A stretch of DNA of 64,000 nucleotides, from positions 133,310 to 197,309 of the IMG/VR virus record IMGVR_UViG_3300043773_002546; one strand, 5' to 3'. The notes below the pieces were generated by a model. The model did not search any database, had not been told where the DNA came from, and was given only the letters and a program-made list of their open reading frames with translations. Below, piece after piece: positions 47,102-57,320 of this stretch. This stretch comes from a virus. The translations under genes were made by a program, and so were the position numbers. Numbering within the stretch: the first letter of the stretch is position 1; every line of letters starts with the position of its first letter.

Positions 47102-48787
47102 ATGGCTCACGAAACGCCTTACGTTTACTCGAAGTTCAAGCTCCGCGCCGTAATTGGCGGATTTGAGTTTCCCGACATCGTTTCCATCAGCGCGACGTTC
47201 GGCCTGAACTCGATTCCCGAGGCAACGCTTATCGTGGCTAGCGGCAAAGATACCCGCACCGGCCAGCCTGCCACAATTCACAGGGTCAAAGGAGAGCTTG
47301 AGGCCCGCGCTGAGGCGGTCGTGTATCTGGAAGTGATTACCACCGGCGGCCAAACGGACAAGATGCCCTCCGGTGAGTTCACGATCTTCCGCGGGTACTA
47401 CTCCGGGCTGGGTTACACGCGAAGCTTTAACGAGGCGCATTTCCAGATCCACCTAATCCATTGGCTGGACGACCTGAACAACTCCTCGATGCTTAACGGC
47501 AACTGGTTCCCAGGCGCGCCCTACGATCTGGCTCAAAGCGCCGTGGTCGAGGCGCTGAATTTAACCGAGGGTGACGCCGGAGGGCAGGGAGGCGGCGGAG
47601 GCGGCGACGCCGATTACATCATGCCTGTGCCAACCATCGACGCGGCGGGAGACGTCGTCACGGCCGCTAATATCGGCGAGGACCTGTGGGGTAAAGTGCT
47701 CAAGCGCGTTTTTGAGAAAGTGGCCAACTGGCCCGCGCCGCACTGGCAGAACCCCGATGAAAAGGGCAACGAGGCCGCGCTAAAGGCTTTAGAACGCATG
47801 CCGGGAACTGCACCCGCGCCTGTGCCGTTGGCGTTGGACGTCAAAGGCATGGACTCGATGAACATCGAAAACTCTATTCGTCAAGGCCTGACCAAAGACG
47901 CTTGTGAGTCGTTCGCTTACACGACGTTTTGGAGCAAACTTGTCGGCGATTACGCGCCGCAGTTTCTCTTCGCGGTTTCCCCGGCCGTGGACTGGGCCTT
48001 GCCAATTCCGCTCTACGGCGGTTTGCGCGAGCCCTACAAGAAGATCTTTGAAGACGAGTACGGCTATGCGAACTTCCAGGCCAGCATGCAGCAAATCATC
48101 GAGTCGGTCGACGTGTACTACTCTGCGGTTTCCGACTGCGGCAACAACAACGGCGAAGTGGCGGGCACGGTCCCTAGCCTGGCCGAACCGTTGGGCTACT
48201 TCCCCACGACACCAGGGCAGAATAAGAAGGGCATGAAGCTCGTCAAAGAACCGCCTACCTGGATGACGAACATCGTCCCCTGGTCGGCGTACCCAGGGCG
48301 GACCACGGGAGTGACCGCCAAGCAGCCCGGCGACTGCTGCGCGCCACAGACCGGCGAGAGCGAGCCGCCGGGCGAATGGAAGCCGCCGGGCGAGGCTGTC
48401 AAAGAGCAACAGGATAGCCAGGCCCTCAATCGCTTTGCTGAGCACTGGTACAAGACCGAAGTGCTCTCCATGAGGTACGGCGAGCTCTCCGGTAAACTTA
48501 GGTTTGATATTGCGCCGGGCAGCATCGTGGAGATTGAGACGCCGACCCGCGACAAGGACGTTGAGCCGACGCTAGCAGACTCCTTGTTTGCGATCGTCAT
48601 GAAAGTGTCGTTTCACATTAACGGAGAAAAAGCCACAGCCGGTACTAGCTTTATGCTCAGCCAGCTGCGCTCGCTTCGGGAAAACCAAGACGATCAATTC
48701 TCCGGCTGCGAGACCTGCGGCGGCGAAGACCGGCCGCCGATGTACACCCAGCCCTGGCGCGGCGGAGAACTAGCCAAGAAGAATTAA
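47102..48787 (+). CDS. Putative baseplate hub (gp27/P2 D-like)
   Basis: GAGGT before ATG 47102; FTIFRGYYSG near the N-terminus and LRFDIAPGSIVEI near the C-terminus are hub-like. Confidence 0.6.
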   Translation: MAHETPYVYSKFKLRAVIGGFEFPDIVSISATFGLNSIPEATLIVASGKDTRTGQPATIHRVKGELEARAEAVVYLEVITTGGQTDKMPSGEFTIFRGYYSGLGYTRSFNEAHFQIHLIHWLDDLNNSSMLNGNWFPGAPYDLAQSAVVEALNLTEGDAGGQGGGGGGDADYIMPVPTIDAAGDVVTAANIGEDLWGKVLKRVFEKVANWPAPHWQNPDEKGNEAALKALERMPGTAPAPVPLALDVKGMDSMNIENSIRQGLTKDACESFAYTTFWSKLVGDYAPQFLFAVSPAVDWALPIPLYGGLREPYKKIFEDEYGYANFQASMQQIIESVDVYYSAVSDCGNNNGEVAGTVPSLAEPLGYFPTTPGQNKKGMKLVKEPPTWMTNIVPWSAYPGRTTGVTAKQPGDCCAPQTGESEPPGEWKPPGEAVKEQQDSQALNRFAEHWYKTEVLSMRYGELSGKLRFDIAPGSIVEIETPTRDKDVEPTLADSLFAIVMKVSFHINGEKATAGTSFMLSQLRSLRENQDDQFSGCETCGGEDRPPMYTQPWRGGELAKKN

Positions 48788-48789
48788 CT

Positions 48790-49605
48790 ATGCCCAGCAA
48801 CACCAGCAAACCATCGCCGTCAATCCTTGATGACGTGCCCATGCCTTTTTCGCAGCCGCCGAAGATTCACGGCGTTGGCGATGATTTTCTACCCGCGTAC
48901 CAGACCTGGCAGACGCAACGCACGCCGCAGAACAACACAGCGCTGTTAAAAACCTTGCAGCCGGTCTTGGATACGGCCGTCACCAGTTACGCGGGCGGCA
49001 ACCAGAGCCCGACAATCAAGTCGCGGGCCAAACTCATGGCGCTAAAAGCCATGGAGAGCTTTGACCCTAACCGCGGCAACGTCCGCACCCATCTGCTCAG
49101 CCAGCTCCAGAGCCTGCGGAGGCTTTCGGCGCAAGAGCAGAACATCATCCACCTCCCTGAGCAGGTCGGCCTGGACTTCCAAAACCTCAACGAGAGCGAG
49201 AACGAGCTGCGGGACAGCATGGGGCGCGACCCGACTGACGAGGAGCTGTCTAATCACACGAACCTTTCCGTACGTCGAATCCGCAAGATCCGCAAGTTCC
49301 ACCAGCCGATCTCCGAAGGCACAGTCGTCGGCCAAGAGAGCGACGAGAACGACCCGACGGACATCGCTAGCCAAGTGCCCGGCGGGGGCCATCGCGCAGC
49401 GGACGCCTGGATGAACTTTGTCTACGACGATCTGGGCGCTACTGACAAGTTGATCATGGATATGACCTTGGGCCGCAACGGCAAACGCCGCACGCCGACT
49501 CAGGAGATCGCCCGCAAACTGGGGATTACTCCCGGCGCCGTGAGCCAGCGTGCGGCCAAGATTCAAACGATGCTCGACAAGCGGTACACCCAAGGCGGAT
49601 TCTAG
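48790..49605 (+). CDS. Sigma-70-family (group 3-like) sigma factor
   Basis: Region 2 (ALKAMESFDPNRG), region 3 (MGRDPTDEELS) and region 4 HTH (TQEIARKLGITPGAVSQ). Confidence 0.85.
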   Translation: MPSNTSKPSPSILDDVPMPFSQPPKIHGVGDDFLPAYQTWQTQRTPQNNTALLKTLQPVLDTAVTSYAGGNQSPTIKSRAKLMALKAMESFDPNRGNVRTHLLSQLQSLRRLSAQEQNIIHLPEQVGLDFQNLNESENELRDSMGRDPTDEELSNHTNLSVRRIRKIRKFHQPISEGTVVGQESDENDPTDIASQVPGGGHRAADAWMNFVYDDLGATDKLIMDMTLGRNGKRRTPTQEIARKLGITPGAVSQRAAKIQTMLDKRYTQGGF

Positions 49606-49614
49606 GAGCACAAC

Positions 49615-50082
49615 ATGGGACAAAGCAGCCCCAAAGGCAAAGTCGACGGCAAGTTTGAGGCCCGCACGCAGGACCTGGAAAGTTCTGCGCAGCAGATCTC
49701 TCAAGCCTTTAAGGACGTCTCCCAGCCGCGGCCTTGGCACACCCCCAAAGAGCTCAAAGAACGCGAACTGCTCGATGTGCCAGGATTGCACGAGCCGGTG
49801 TGGAACCGCAACGACATCAACAAGATCTACTCCGAAGAAGTTCTCGGCGGGTCCAAAGACAAAAGCGGAACCGTAGGTGACCTAATCGCCATGAAGTGGC
49901 AGGCGGACTTCATGGCCGCCGAGGAGCGCGCTTTCCGCATGCGGCACGCCAGCTTTGTGCGCTGCGCTTGTCTAATGCACGGGCGGCTAGACGGCCACGG
50001 CAAGCCGGAGAAAGGCATATTCTCCTACCTTAAAAAAGCCGTGCAGAGCTACATCGACACTGGTCGCGCTAACGGAGGCTGA
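49615..50082 (+). CDS. Hypothetical protein
   Basis: SD AGGAG; 155 aa. Confidence 0.6.
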   Translation: MGQSSPKGKVDGKFEARTQDLESSAQQISQAFKDVSQPRPWHTPKELKERELLDVPGLHEPVWNRNDINKIYSEEVLGGSKDKSGTVGDLIAMKWQADFMAAEERAFRMRHASFVRCACLMHGRLDGHGKPEKGIFSYLKKAVQSYIDTGRANGG

Positions 50083-50084
50083 GC

Positions 50085-50552
50085 ATGGCACTGCAAGATT
50101 ACGCAAACCGTAAGTACGACTACCTGGCCTTCCGCGGCGTGGCCGCCGAAGGCGACGCGAAGCTGGGTCTGGCGCTGTATAGCGAGGACACCAGCGGGCA
50201 GATTTGCACGGGCATCCAGAAACTGTCCCAGCGCTGGGCCCTGGAGTTTCTCACTGAAAAAGGTTCCATGCCCGGCAATCCGGAACGCGGCTGCGATTTC
50301 ATGACGTTTGTGCGCCAAGGGCGGCTTCGCACGCAGGTGGACGTAATATCGACTTTTAACACCGCCAATTTGTTTATTACCCGCAACCTGCGCAACGAAG
50401 AGTACGCCGATATGCCCGCTGATGAGCGGTTTGCGTCGTCAGAAATCCTCTCGGTCGCGATCCTGCCCGGGTATGTTAACTTGAGTGTCATGATTACCAG
50501 CCGCGCCGGTGACGAGCGCGCCGTTATCCTCCCAATTTCCACGTTGCCGTAG
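50085..50552 (+). CDS. Baseplate wedge protein, gp25/GPW-like
   Basis: 155 aa; GIQKLSQRWALEFLTEKGS...RGCDF pattern; directly before the J-like gene. Confidence 0.7.
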   Translation: MALQDYANRKYDYLAFRGVAAEGDAKLGLALYSEDTSGQICTGIQKLSQRWALEFLTEKGSMPGNPERGCDFMTFVRQGRLRTQVDVISTFNTANLFITRNLRNEEYADMPADERFASSEILSVAILPGYVNLSVMITSRAGDERAVILPISTLP

Positions 50553-50560
50553 GTGCGTTT

Positions 50561-52204
50561 ATGGCGCTTGAAGTTACCAATCTTGATGAGCTGAACACGG
50601 ACACGGTCAACGCCCTGTTCGCCACGTTCACCCAGTACATGCAAGAGCGGCACCCCGAGGTCGAGCTGACTCGCGGCGTGTTTCACGACCTTGTGCTGTA
50701 CTTTAACTCGGTGCTCAACGCCACCGTGCGGGAGAACATCGCCCGGGTCCGGCAGAGCAACAGCTTGCTGCAGATCAATGCCAACCCCGCGCTGGCCGAC
50801 AACACGCTGGTGGACCAGGTGCTCTCGAACTACAACCTGGTGAGAGACACCGGCAGCGCCGCGGTGGGCGACGCCACGATCGTCCTAAACCTGCCGGTGA
50901 GCACGCGAATCTCTGCGGGAATCACCTTTACCGCCGACGACGTGAAGTTCCGCCCCACGGGCGAGTTCATTGCCCTTCCGCCGGGCTCCGTTCCAACGCA
51001 GGCTAACGAGCGGGTGATGATCGCCGTGGGCGACGGCACCTACGCCGTGAACATCCTCGTGGCCGCGACAACCGCGGGACTGGCGGGCAACATTCGTCGC
51101 GGCACGTCGCTAATTCCAGACAGCGTGCCAAACAACATGCTCTCGGCTTTTGCCGCTGTGGACTTCGTCAGCGGCCGCGCGCCACTAGCGAACGCTGACT
51201 ACGTCGCCCGGCTGGCTGACGCCCTGGCGAGCAAGACTGTGGGCGGGCGGCAGAGCTACGCCGCATCGATCCGCGGCCAGGCTGCTTTTAAGAACATTCC
51301 CCACCTGTCAATTCTGGGCTGCGGCGACCCCGAGCAGATGCGCGACCAGCACAGCTTGTTTCCCGTCTCCGGCGGCGGCAAGGTGGACATTTACGTCCAA
51401 AGCCACAGCAACGCCCAGCAGCGAGAGCACTTGTTGTCGGCCAGTTACGTCGGCCCCGGGGCCACGGGCACGATCTGGCAGATTGTGCTGGGCCGCGAGA
51501 TTGCGGGCGGGATCTACGAGATCGCTCGCGTAGCGCAGCCTTTGAACCTTACCAGCACCGGTTACGCCCTGACCCAAGACATCCGGGGCGTGGACTTGAC
51601 CGATTTGGACTTTGCCCCGGACATTGTTTCCTACGAGGAGGGCGCTTACAGCCGCTACCAGACGGCCGTAATTCGTTTCGAGGACACCGACACTGCGCCG
51701 ACCGGCCTGACTCCCAACGTCAGCCGGGCGCAGTATGCGGTGACAACCGTAGGGTTGCCGCTAATTAACGACGTGCAGGATTACCTCAGCAGCCGCGACG
51801 TGCGCAGCCGATCGGCGGACGTGCTCGTGAAGGCCGCCGTGCCTTGCTTCACGAAGATTTCATTCTCGATCCGCAAAGAGGCAAACACCACCGAAATGGA
51901 TCTTGCGCCAATCAAGCAAGCCATCGTCGACGCAGTGGCCAAGGTCGGCTTTTCCGGACAGCTCCACGCCTCGATCATCAGCGGCGCGATTCACCAGCGC
52001 CTCACCGGCCGCCAGGCCGTGGGCCCGATCGACATGTTCGGCCGCATCCGCCGCCCGGACGGTCATACGGTCTATCTGCGCAATAACACGCTCTTGGAGA
52101 TTCCCCACGACCCCGCGCGAATGATCACCGGACGGACCACGGCGTTTCTGGTGGGCCTGGACGACGTCTCCATTTCCACCGTAACCGCGGGCTTTGCCGA
52201 CTAG
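50561..52204 (+). CDS. Baseplate J-like wedge protein
   Basis: 547 aa; AVGDATIV, AATTAGLAGNI, SGRAPLANADYVARL, GGGKVDIYV patterns of the Baseplate_J family. Confidence 0.8.
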   Translation: MALEVTNLDELNTDTVNALFATFTQYMQERHPEVELTRGVFHDLVLYFNSVLNATVRENIARVRQSNSLLQINANPALADNTLVDQVLSNYNLVRDTGSAAVGDATIVLNLPVSTRISAGITFTADDVKFRPTGEFIALPPGSVPTQANERVMIAVGDGTYAVNILVAATTAGLAGNIRRGTSLIPDSVPNNMLSAFAAVDFVSGRAPLANADYVARLADALASKTVGGRQSYAASIRGQAAFKNIPHLSILGCGDPEQMRDQHSLFPVSGGGKVDIYVQSHSNAQQREHLLSASYVGPGATGTIWQIVLGREIAGGIYEIARVAQPLNLTSTGYALTQDIRGVDLTDLDFAPDIVSYEEGAYSRYQTAVIRFEDTDTAPTGLTPNVSRAQYAVTTVGLPLINDVQDYLSSRDVRSRSADVLVKAAVPCFTKISFSIRKEANTTEMDLAPIKQAIVDAVAKVGFSGQLHASIISGAIHQRLTGRQAVGPIDMFGRIRRPDGHTVYLRNNTLLEIPHDPARMITGRTTAFLVGLDDVSISTVTAGFAD

Positions 52205-52213
52205 GACTGAACC

Positions 52214-53797
52214 ATGGCGCCCCCCACCTACCCGAATTCCGACCTGGATCGCAGCAGCACGCTCATGTACGCGCTGGGCACATTCTGGTCGCGGACCTAC
52301 GAAGCCGCCGACCAGGTACGGTCCTACGCCGAAGGAACCGCGTTACAGGTGGCCCAAGCCCAGCGGGACCTTTTGGAAACCGTGGCGACCCTGAGCCGCT
52401 ACGACGTGCCGCTGTATCACACGGAACACTGGACTCCCATTGTGCTGCGCAAAAGCCAGCGCAACAGCGTGGCCACGAACATCATGCAGTTCAATAAGAA
52501 CAGCGCCGCCTTTGACGACGGGCGGCACACGTTCGACTCGGCGACGACGATGGCCTACTACGCCTATCCGCTGCCGGAGAACATGGCGGGCGTAGCGCAG
52601 ATTTTCAACAAACTCATCCAGCCGACCCTGGCCCTGGTTGAGGGCGTCGATTATCTCATTGATATCAATCGCGGGGCGTTAATTTTTATCAACGACCCTT
52701 TTGATAGCCCAGAGACTATCAAAAAACCTGTTTCTGATAGGGCAAAGGCTATCGACGACGAGGAGATCGTCCTCTGGGGCTTTCAGGGCAAGTTCGACTA
52801 CGCCGAGGTTTACAACCAGTTCGCCTACGCTATCAACTTGCGCCTGCGCACCAGTCAGGGCTACAAGGACCTGACCAATGCGGTGATCTCCGGGCTCATC
52901 AACGGCGGCGCCACAGCGGCAGACCTGGACCTGGCCCTCTCGGCGATCTGCGACGTGCCGGTGGCCCGCGAGCGCCAAGAAACCGTCGAGCTAGTCCGCC
53001 GCGATGCCCGCGGCCTGGTGATCGCCACGGACCGCCAGGTCTATCGTTTTGGTGAAGACGCCGAGCCCTTGGTAGCGGTCGGGGACGCCTTGCGGGCGGG
53101 GGACCGGCTAGTCCGCGCCTTCGATGTCGTAGAGCTTAACCAAGGCGGCGTGGTAGACGAGATCGCCGCGCTGGCGTTAGACGCCGGATATCTCTCGGCG
53201 TGCTTCTACGGTGACTTGGTTTTTGAAAACAAATCCGTCCCGCTGGAAGTTAACACGGCGCACCCGTTGGGCTACACCTATGTGCAGTTTCGCCTGGGTG
53301 GGTTTCCCCTGGACGCACAGCGCTTCTTTGACGAGATTCACGAGCGCGGCGTGCAAGCGGCCGAGATTGTGCCAGACCCCTGCGACCGCAGGAACCGCAA
53401 ACTGGGCACGCTGGCGCACCTCCTGGACAGGCGTAAGAACCCTGACGGCGAGCCCACGGCGGCGAATCTGCCCAAGACTATTAACCCGTTGAAATTTATT
53501 GTGGAAAACGTGCTGCGTAACAACGTGTTTCTGGTGCAAATCAGGGTCGGCGCATTGGGGCAAAATCGGCTGGGATTGTACAATATCAGGCATCTGCGTC
53601 AGCTTTTGCCGCCGCAGTCGGCTATGATCGTGATCTTCTCCATGCAGGCCCGGCAAAGCGTCTTAAGCGCCGCGCAGAACCTGCAGGAGGCCGTGCGGAC
53701 GTTTACCGGCGCCGAGCCCCTGGCCGACGTTGTTTACGACAGCATGGTGCGGGACGCGAACGTGACCGTCCGCCGGATTTCAGGGACCTGCCAGTAA
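52214..53797 (+). CDS. Baseplate wedge protein (gp7/I-like)
   Basis: 527 aa after the J-like gene; DLDLALSAICDVP segment. Confidence 0.55.
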   Translation: MAPPTYPNSDLDRSSTLMYALGTFWSRTYEAADQVRSYAEGTALQVAQAQRDLLETVATLSRYDVPLYHTEHWTPIVLRKSQRNSVATNIMQFNKNSAAFDDGRHTFDSATTMAYYAYPLPENMAGVAQIFNKLIQPTLALVEGVDYLIDINRGALIFINDPFDSPETIKKPVSDRAKAIDDEEIVLWGFQGKFDYAEVYNQFAYAINLRLRTSQGYKDLTNAVISGLINGGATAADLDLALSAICDVPVARERQETVELVRRDARGLVIATDRQVYRFGEDAEPLVAVGDALRAGDRLVRAFDVVELNQGGVVDEIAALALDAGYLSACFYGDLVFENKSVPLEVNTAHPLGYTYVQFRLGGFPLDAQRFFDEIHERGVQAAEIVPDPCDRRNRKLGTLAHLLDRRKNPDGEPTAANLPKTINPLKFIVENVLRNNVFLVQIRVGALGQNRLGLYNIRHLRQLLPPQSAMIVIFSMQARQSVLSAAQNLQEAVRTFTGAEPLADVVYDSMVRDANVTVRRISGTCQ

Positions 53798-53808
53798 GGG
53801 AGCCACGG

Positions 53809-54420
53809 ATGGCCAAAGACTCGATTTCAGGCGTGCGCGGTCGGGTGACGCTGTGGCGGGTGACCGATTCCGGACTGACGCTGCCGGTCCACACTCAACC
53901 CAACCAGATTCAGTATTCCTGGGGCACAATCGCCGCCCGGCAGATCGGCTACCGGCGCCAAGCTGGTCGCCCGGACTACCACGTCTCGGCGATGTACATC
54001 GAGTACGAGAACGTAGCGACCCCAGAGGACCCGGTCACCGAGGACGATAACTTTGACCGGACACTGGGCATTGAGCACTACAACGCCCTAAGCGGCAGCC
54101 GAGATTACCTTCGCGTGGCGCTGACTTTGGAGCCCACTTTGGGGATCTCCACAGATTACGCTGAGTACTTCACTCCCGGCGAAAACGGCAACCAGTTGAC
54201 GTTCTTCGCCCAGAGCTCCGGCACCGCAGGCGTCAACGCCCTGCCGTTCAGCCACGCGGTTAACAGCAAGGTCTACGCCGCGGCATTAGTTGCCACTCCG
54301 GACTTTAACGACCGCACCAAGGACGTAGTCTTCGCCCGCACGGTGTTCGATCTCGAGGACCAGATCACCAAAGAAGCCTCATCGCAAATCGGCATCACCT
54401 GGGATATCGCATTCGAATAA
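53809..54420 (+). CDS. Putative baseplate-fibre attachment protein
   Basis: 203 aa beta-rich, ends QIGITWDIAF; lies between wedge and fibre genes. Confidence 0.5.
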   Translation: MAKDSISGVRGRVTLWRVTDSGLTLPVHTQPNQIQYSWGTIAARQIGYRRQAGRPDYHVSAMYIEYENVATPEDPVTEDDNFDRTLGIEHYNALSGSRDYLRVALTLEPTLGISTDYAEYFTPGENGNQLTFFAQSSGTAGVNALPFSHAVNSKVYAAALVATPDFNDRTKDVVFARTVFDLEDQITKEASSQIGITWDIAFE

Positions 54421-54462
54421 CGCGCTTGCACAGCACTCTGTGACACGCCTGGGAGGACAAGG

Positions 54463-56355
54463 ATGTCCGCAAACTGGCTGAACAACATTAAACACGTGGC
54501 TCCGGGCGAACCCGTCAAAGCGGGCGTCGTCGGGCGGCCGGACCAGGCGCTAGACGCACGGACTGAATATCTCCGCCAGCGGCTCGACGCCGCCGAGCTG
54601 GGCCGGGCCGTGTTTGATACCAATGCCACCGTGGCCCCTAGCGTGCTTGAAGGCCAGCCGGTTTTTTGGAACGCCACAGCGCAACGCTATGAGCAGGCTT
54701 TCGCCGCCGTCGAGACCGACCAGGTCACCGGCGCGTTGGTGCCGCAGCCGTCGGCGGACTGTGTGGGCATCTGCGCTAAGAAGCACAGCGACAGCCTGGC
54801 CGATATCGTGCTTTACGGCCTGATCCGCCTACCCGTGCTGACCAACGCTATTCCCGGCCCCATCTCGGCCGGGCGGTATTACCTCTCGGCCGTCACGCCG
54901 GGCCAGCTCGTCAAGCAACGCCCCGGCGTGACCGTGAGCGTGTGCTACGTGCAGGGCGTTAAGGACAACTGCGCCGACGATCCCTGGGTTATCGTCATGC
55001 CGCAGATGCGCGACTTCCTTGAAGATCACATCCACTACCGTTTTGAGCTGGCGGCGCGACCGGCTGGCTCCCATGACCCGGACGCAGCGGCCGTGGCAGG
55101 CGTGCATACGATTGACGAGCCGGACGCGTCTCTACCCGGCTGGCTTCCGGCCGATCACCAGGTCTTCAACGACAAGGCGCCCGAAGGCGCCAAGTTCGGC
55201 TACAACTTTTCGCATGACGAAGCTCTGGCCCGCGTCTGGCCGCCGATGCCGTTGCAGGCGGTGGCCATGCTCTGGGACAAGGGGGTGGACTACGTCGGCG
55301 CCACGGAGATCCCACTGGGCGTCGACGACAAGCTGTGCGTGGTCAACCGCGACGGCATCTGGTGGATGAAGGACTGCTACGGGGACGTGCCCTGGCCCGC
55401 GGACCTCAACACCGTCCCAACCAGCGAGAGCGAGTCGTCGACTTCCGAGGCTTCCTGCCCGCGCACCGAGCGCATGCGGGTCATCGTGGTCTTTCTGCGG
55501 ATGCTCTTCGGCAACGACAAGAGCGTCGTTACCAGCCTTAAGCCCGCCGTGGACAGCCCGATTACCATCGCTAACTGCGACGGCCTTCGGGCCACGCAAG
55601 ATAAACCCCTCACCGGCGACCTGGAGCTCGGCCTGGACCTGGAGCTCATGGAAGACCCGGCCGAGGCTTTCGGCGGGCGAGCCTACAAGGAGATCACCAC
55701 CGGCTACAAGCTCAAAAAGGGTTGGGTAGCCGAAGGTCTTCGCGTCGGCTACGGCCCGATCGTGCTCAACGGTACTCGAGACCGTGCTTTGTCAACCGCC
55801 GAGAAGACAGCGCTGGGCCTGCCCGCCAACAGCACCTCGCGGCTCTACCAGGGCATTGTCACGGTGAACTACGACGACCAATTTGTCGAGCGTGAGATCT
55901 CTCCGCAGATCATCCGCCTCTCGGACGTGTTGGAACGGCTGTACCTAGATATTCCTTATCTGGGTTTTCCGGAAGGCCAGGACTCTCTGGTTCGCGTGCG
56001 TCTGAACATCCCGGCGGCCAACTTGGGCGAGACGCTCGAGATGAAGATCCGCGCGCAGATCTTTGGCCGCGCAGGTGGCGTGAGCACGGCCGTGCTCCTG
56101 CCGCCGATGCAGATGTTCTACCGCATCCTGCCGCGGCCCGACGGAACGACGCCGTTGGCCACCAGCGACACAGAGATTACCTTCGACAGCGAGGTGAGCC
56201 TGAACATCGACACGCCCACGGAAATCGAGAGCCAGGCCTTCTCGGTCAGCGAGGGGGATACAGTCCTGCTCACCATGAGCCGCGAGGGAACCGGCGACAG
56301 TTACGACGCGGAGGTTGGCCTGTTAAGGCTGGCTGGCATCGTCTACGTCCCGTGA
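54463..56355 (+). CDS. Putative proximal tail-fibre or baseplate protein
   Basis: SD GGAGG; 630 aa; GQPVFWN...VGIC...GRYYLS cement-like beta module; SESESS linker. Confidence 0.55.
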   Translation: MSANWLNNIKHVAPGEPVKAGVVGRPDQALDARTEYLRQRLDAAELGRAVFDTNATVAPSVLEGQPVFWNATAQRYEQAFAAVETDQVTGALVPQPSADCVGICAKKHSDSLADIVLYGLIRLPVLTNAIPGPISAGRYYLSAVTPGQLVKQRPGVTVSVCYVQGVKDNCADDPWVIVMPQMRDFLEDHIHYRFELAARPAGSHDPDAAAVAGVHTIDEPDASLPGWLPADHQVFNDKAPEGAKFGYNFSHDEALARVWPPMPLQAVAMLWDKGVDYVGATEIPLGVDDKLCVVNRDGIWWMKDCYGDVPWPADLNTVPTSESESSTSEASCPRTERMRVIVVFLRMLFGNDKSVVTSLKPAVDSPITIANCDGLRATQDKPLTGDLELGLDLELMEDPAEAFGGRAYKEITTGYKLKKGWVAEGLRVGYGPIVLNGTRDRALSTAEKTALGLPANSTSRLYQGIVTVNYDDQFVEREISPQIIRLSDVLERLYLDIPYLGFPEGQDSLVRVRLNIPAANLGETLEMKIRAQIFGRAGGVSTAVLLPPMQMFYRILPRPDGTTPLATSDTEITFDSEVSLNIDTPTEIESQAFSVSEGDTVLLTMSREGTGDSYDAEVGLLRLAGIVYVP

Positions 56356-56369
56356 CCAGGAGGTGACCC

Positions 56370-57311
56370 TTGGCTATCGGGAACTGGAATCTACAGTGGC
56401 TTAATCATAATTCGCAGCGGTCTTACCCGCTGACGGAGAAAGCCACCAAGACGGACACACTCGCCGCAATCCGCCTGCCGGACAGCTTCCTTTTGGCGCT
56501 GTACTTCCCGGTGCACGCGGGGCTCGACGTGACGCCAGACCGGTTTTTCTTGAAGACCGTGCTGATTACGCCCACCGGCTACAACCTGGCAATTGGCTAC
56601 GACGACGGCAGCACGGTCACCGACGCAGCCGCAGTAAACATCGCTAAGAGCGTGCACGTCCCCAACCGAACCTACGCCCTGTCGGGCTTGGACAGTTTTG
56701 CCGACTGCGTAGGTCAAGTAGTCATCGGCAAGCTCGACGAAATCGACAAGCTGCCGCCGGGTCTGTACACGTTCGATTACGCGGGCGGCGCCCTGGAAAG
56801 CGACGCCGTTCGGCCGATGATCCGCGGCGTCTCCAGCCTGCGCGTAGCCAACGGCAGCGAGCTATCTGATCGGCTCTATGGTGACATCACTTTAATCGCC
56901 GGGACTAATATGCGTCTGGGCGTAGGTAGCGGGGTAGACGGCCCGGAGATCGTCTTTAACGCCATCAACGGCGAGAACCTTAATACAGACTGCATCTGCC
57001 AGGTGCCGAACACGGGCGAGTGCATCCGCTGCATCAACGGCGTGTGCAGCGACGACGGCACGTTCACCTTTGGCCAGGGGACGTGTATCGAGATCACGCC
57101 TACCGCCAACGGACTGATTTTTACCGACACCTGCGCTCAGCCCTGCTGCGGTTGCGAAGAGCTTGACGCGCTGAACGGCCAAATTGACCGCTTCAGCGAC
57201 GGAGTTAACACGCTGCAGAACTTCGTGACGCGGCTCAGCTCGGAAGTGACGCAGATGAGCCTGGTCGTGCTGGGCAGCCGCCTGGGCGACTCGGGCTGCA
57301 GCAGATGCTAA
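56370..57311 (+). CDS. Cys-rich tail-fibre-like paralog 1
   Basis: SD AGGAGGTG, TTG start; WLNHNSQRSYPL; CINGV motif; CAQPCCGC. Confidence 0.6.
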   Translation: MAIGNWNLQWLNHNSQRSYPLTEKATKTDTLAAIRLPDSFLLALYFPVHAGLDVTPDRFFLKTVLITPTGYNLAIGYDDGSTVTDAAAVNIAKSVHVPNRTYALSGLDSFADCVGQVVIGKLDEIDKLPPGLYTFDYAGGALESDAVRPMIRGVSSLRVANGSELSDRLYGDITLIAGTNMRLGVGSGVDGPEIVFNAINGENLNTDCICQVPNTGECIRCINGVCSDDGTFTFGQGTCIEITPTANGLIFTDTCAQPCCGCEELDALNGQIDRFSDGVNTLQNFVTRLSSEVTQMSLVVLGSRLGDSGCSRC

Positions 57312-57320
57312 GGGCGCCTT

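Noticed and set aside
34305-54420. T6SS, eCIS or tailocin locus
   Set aside because: Linked to protease, scaffold, capsid and neck genes plus a long tape measure; no TssJLM or ClpV-type genes.
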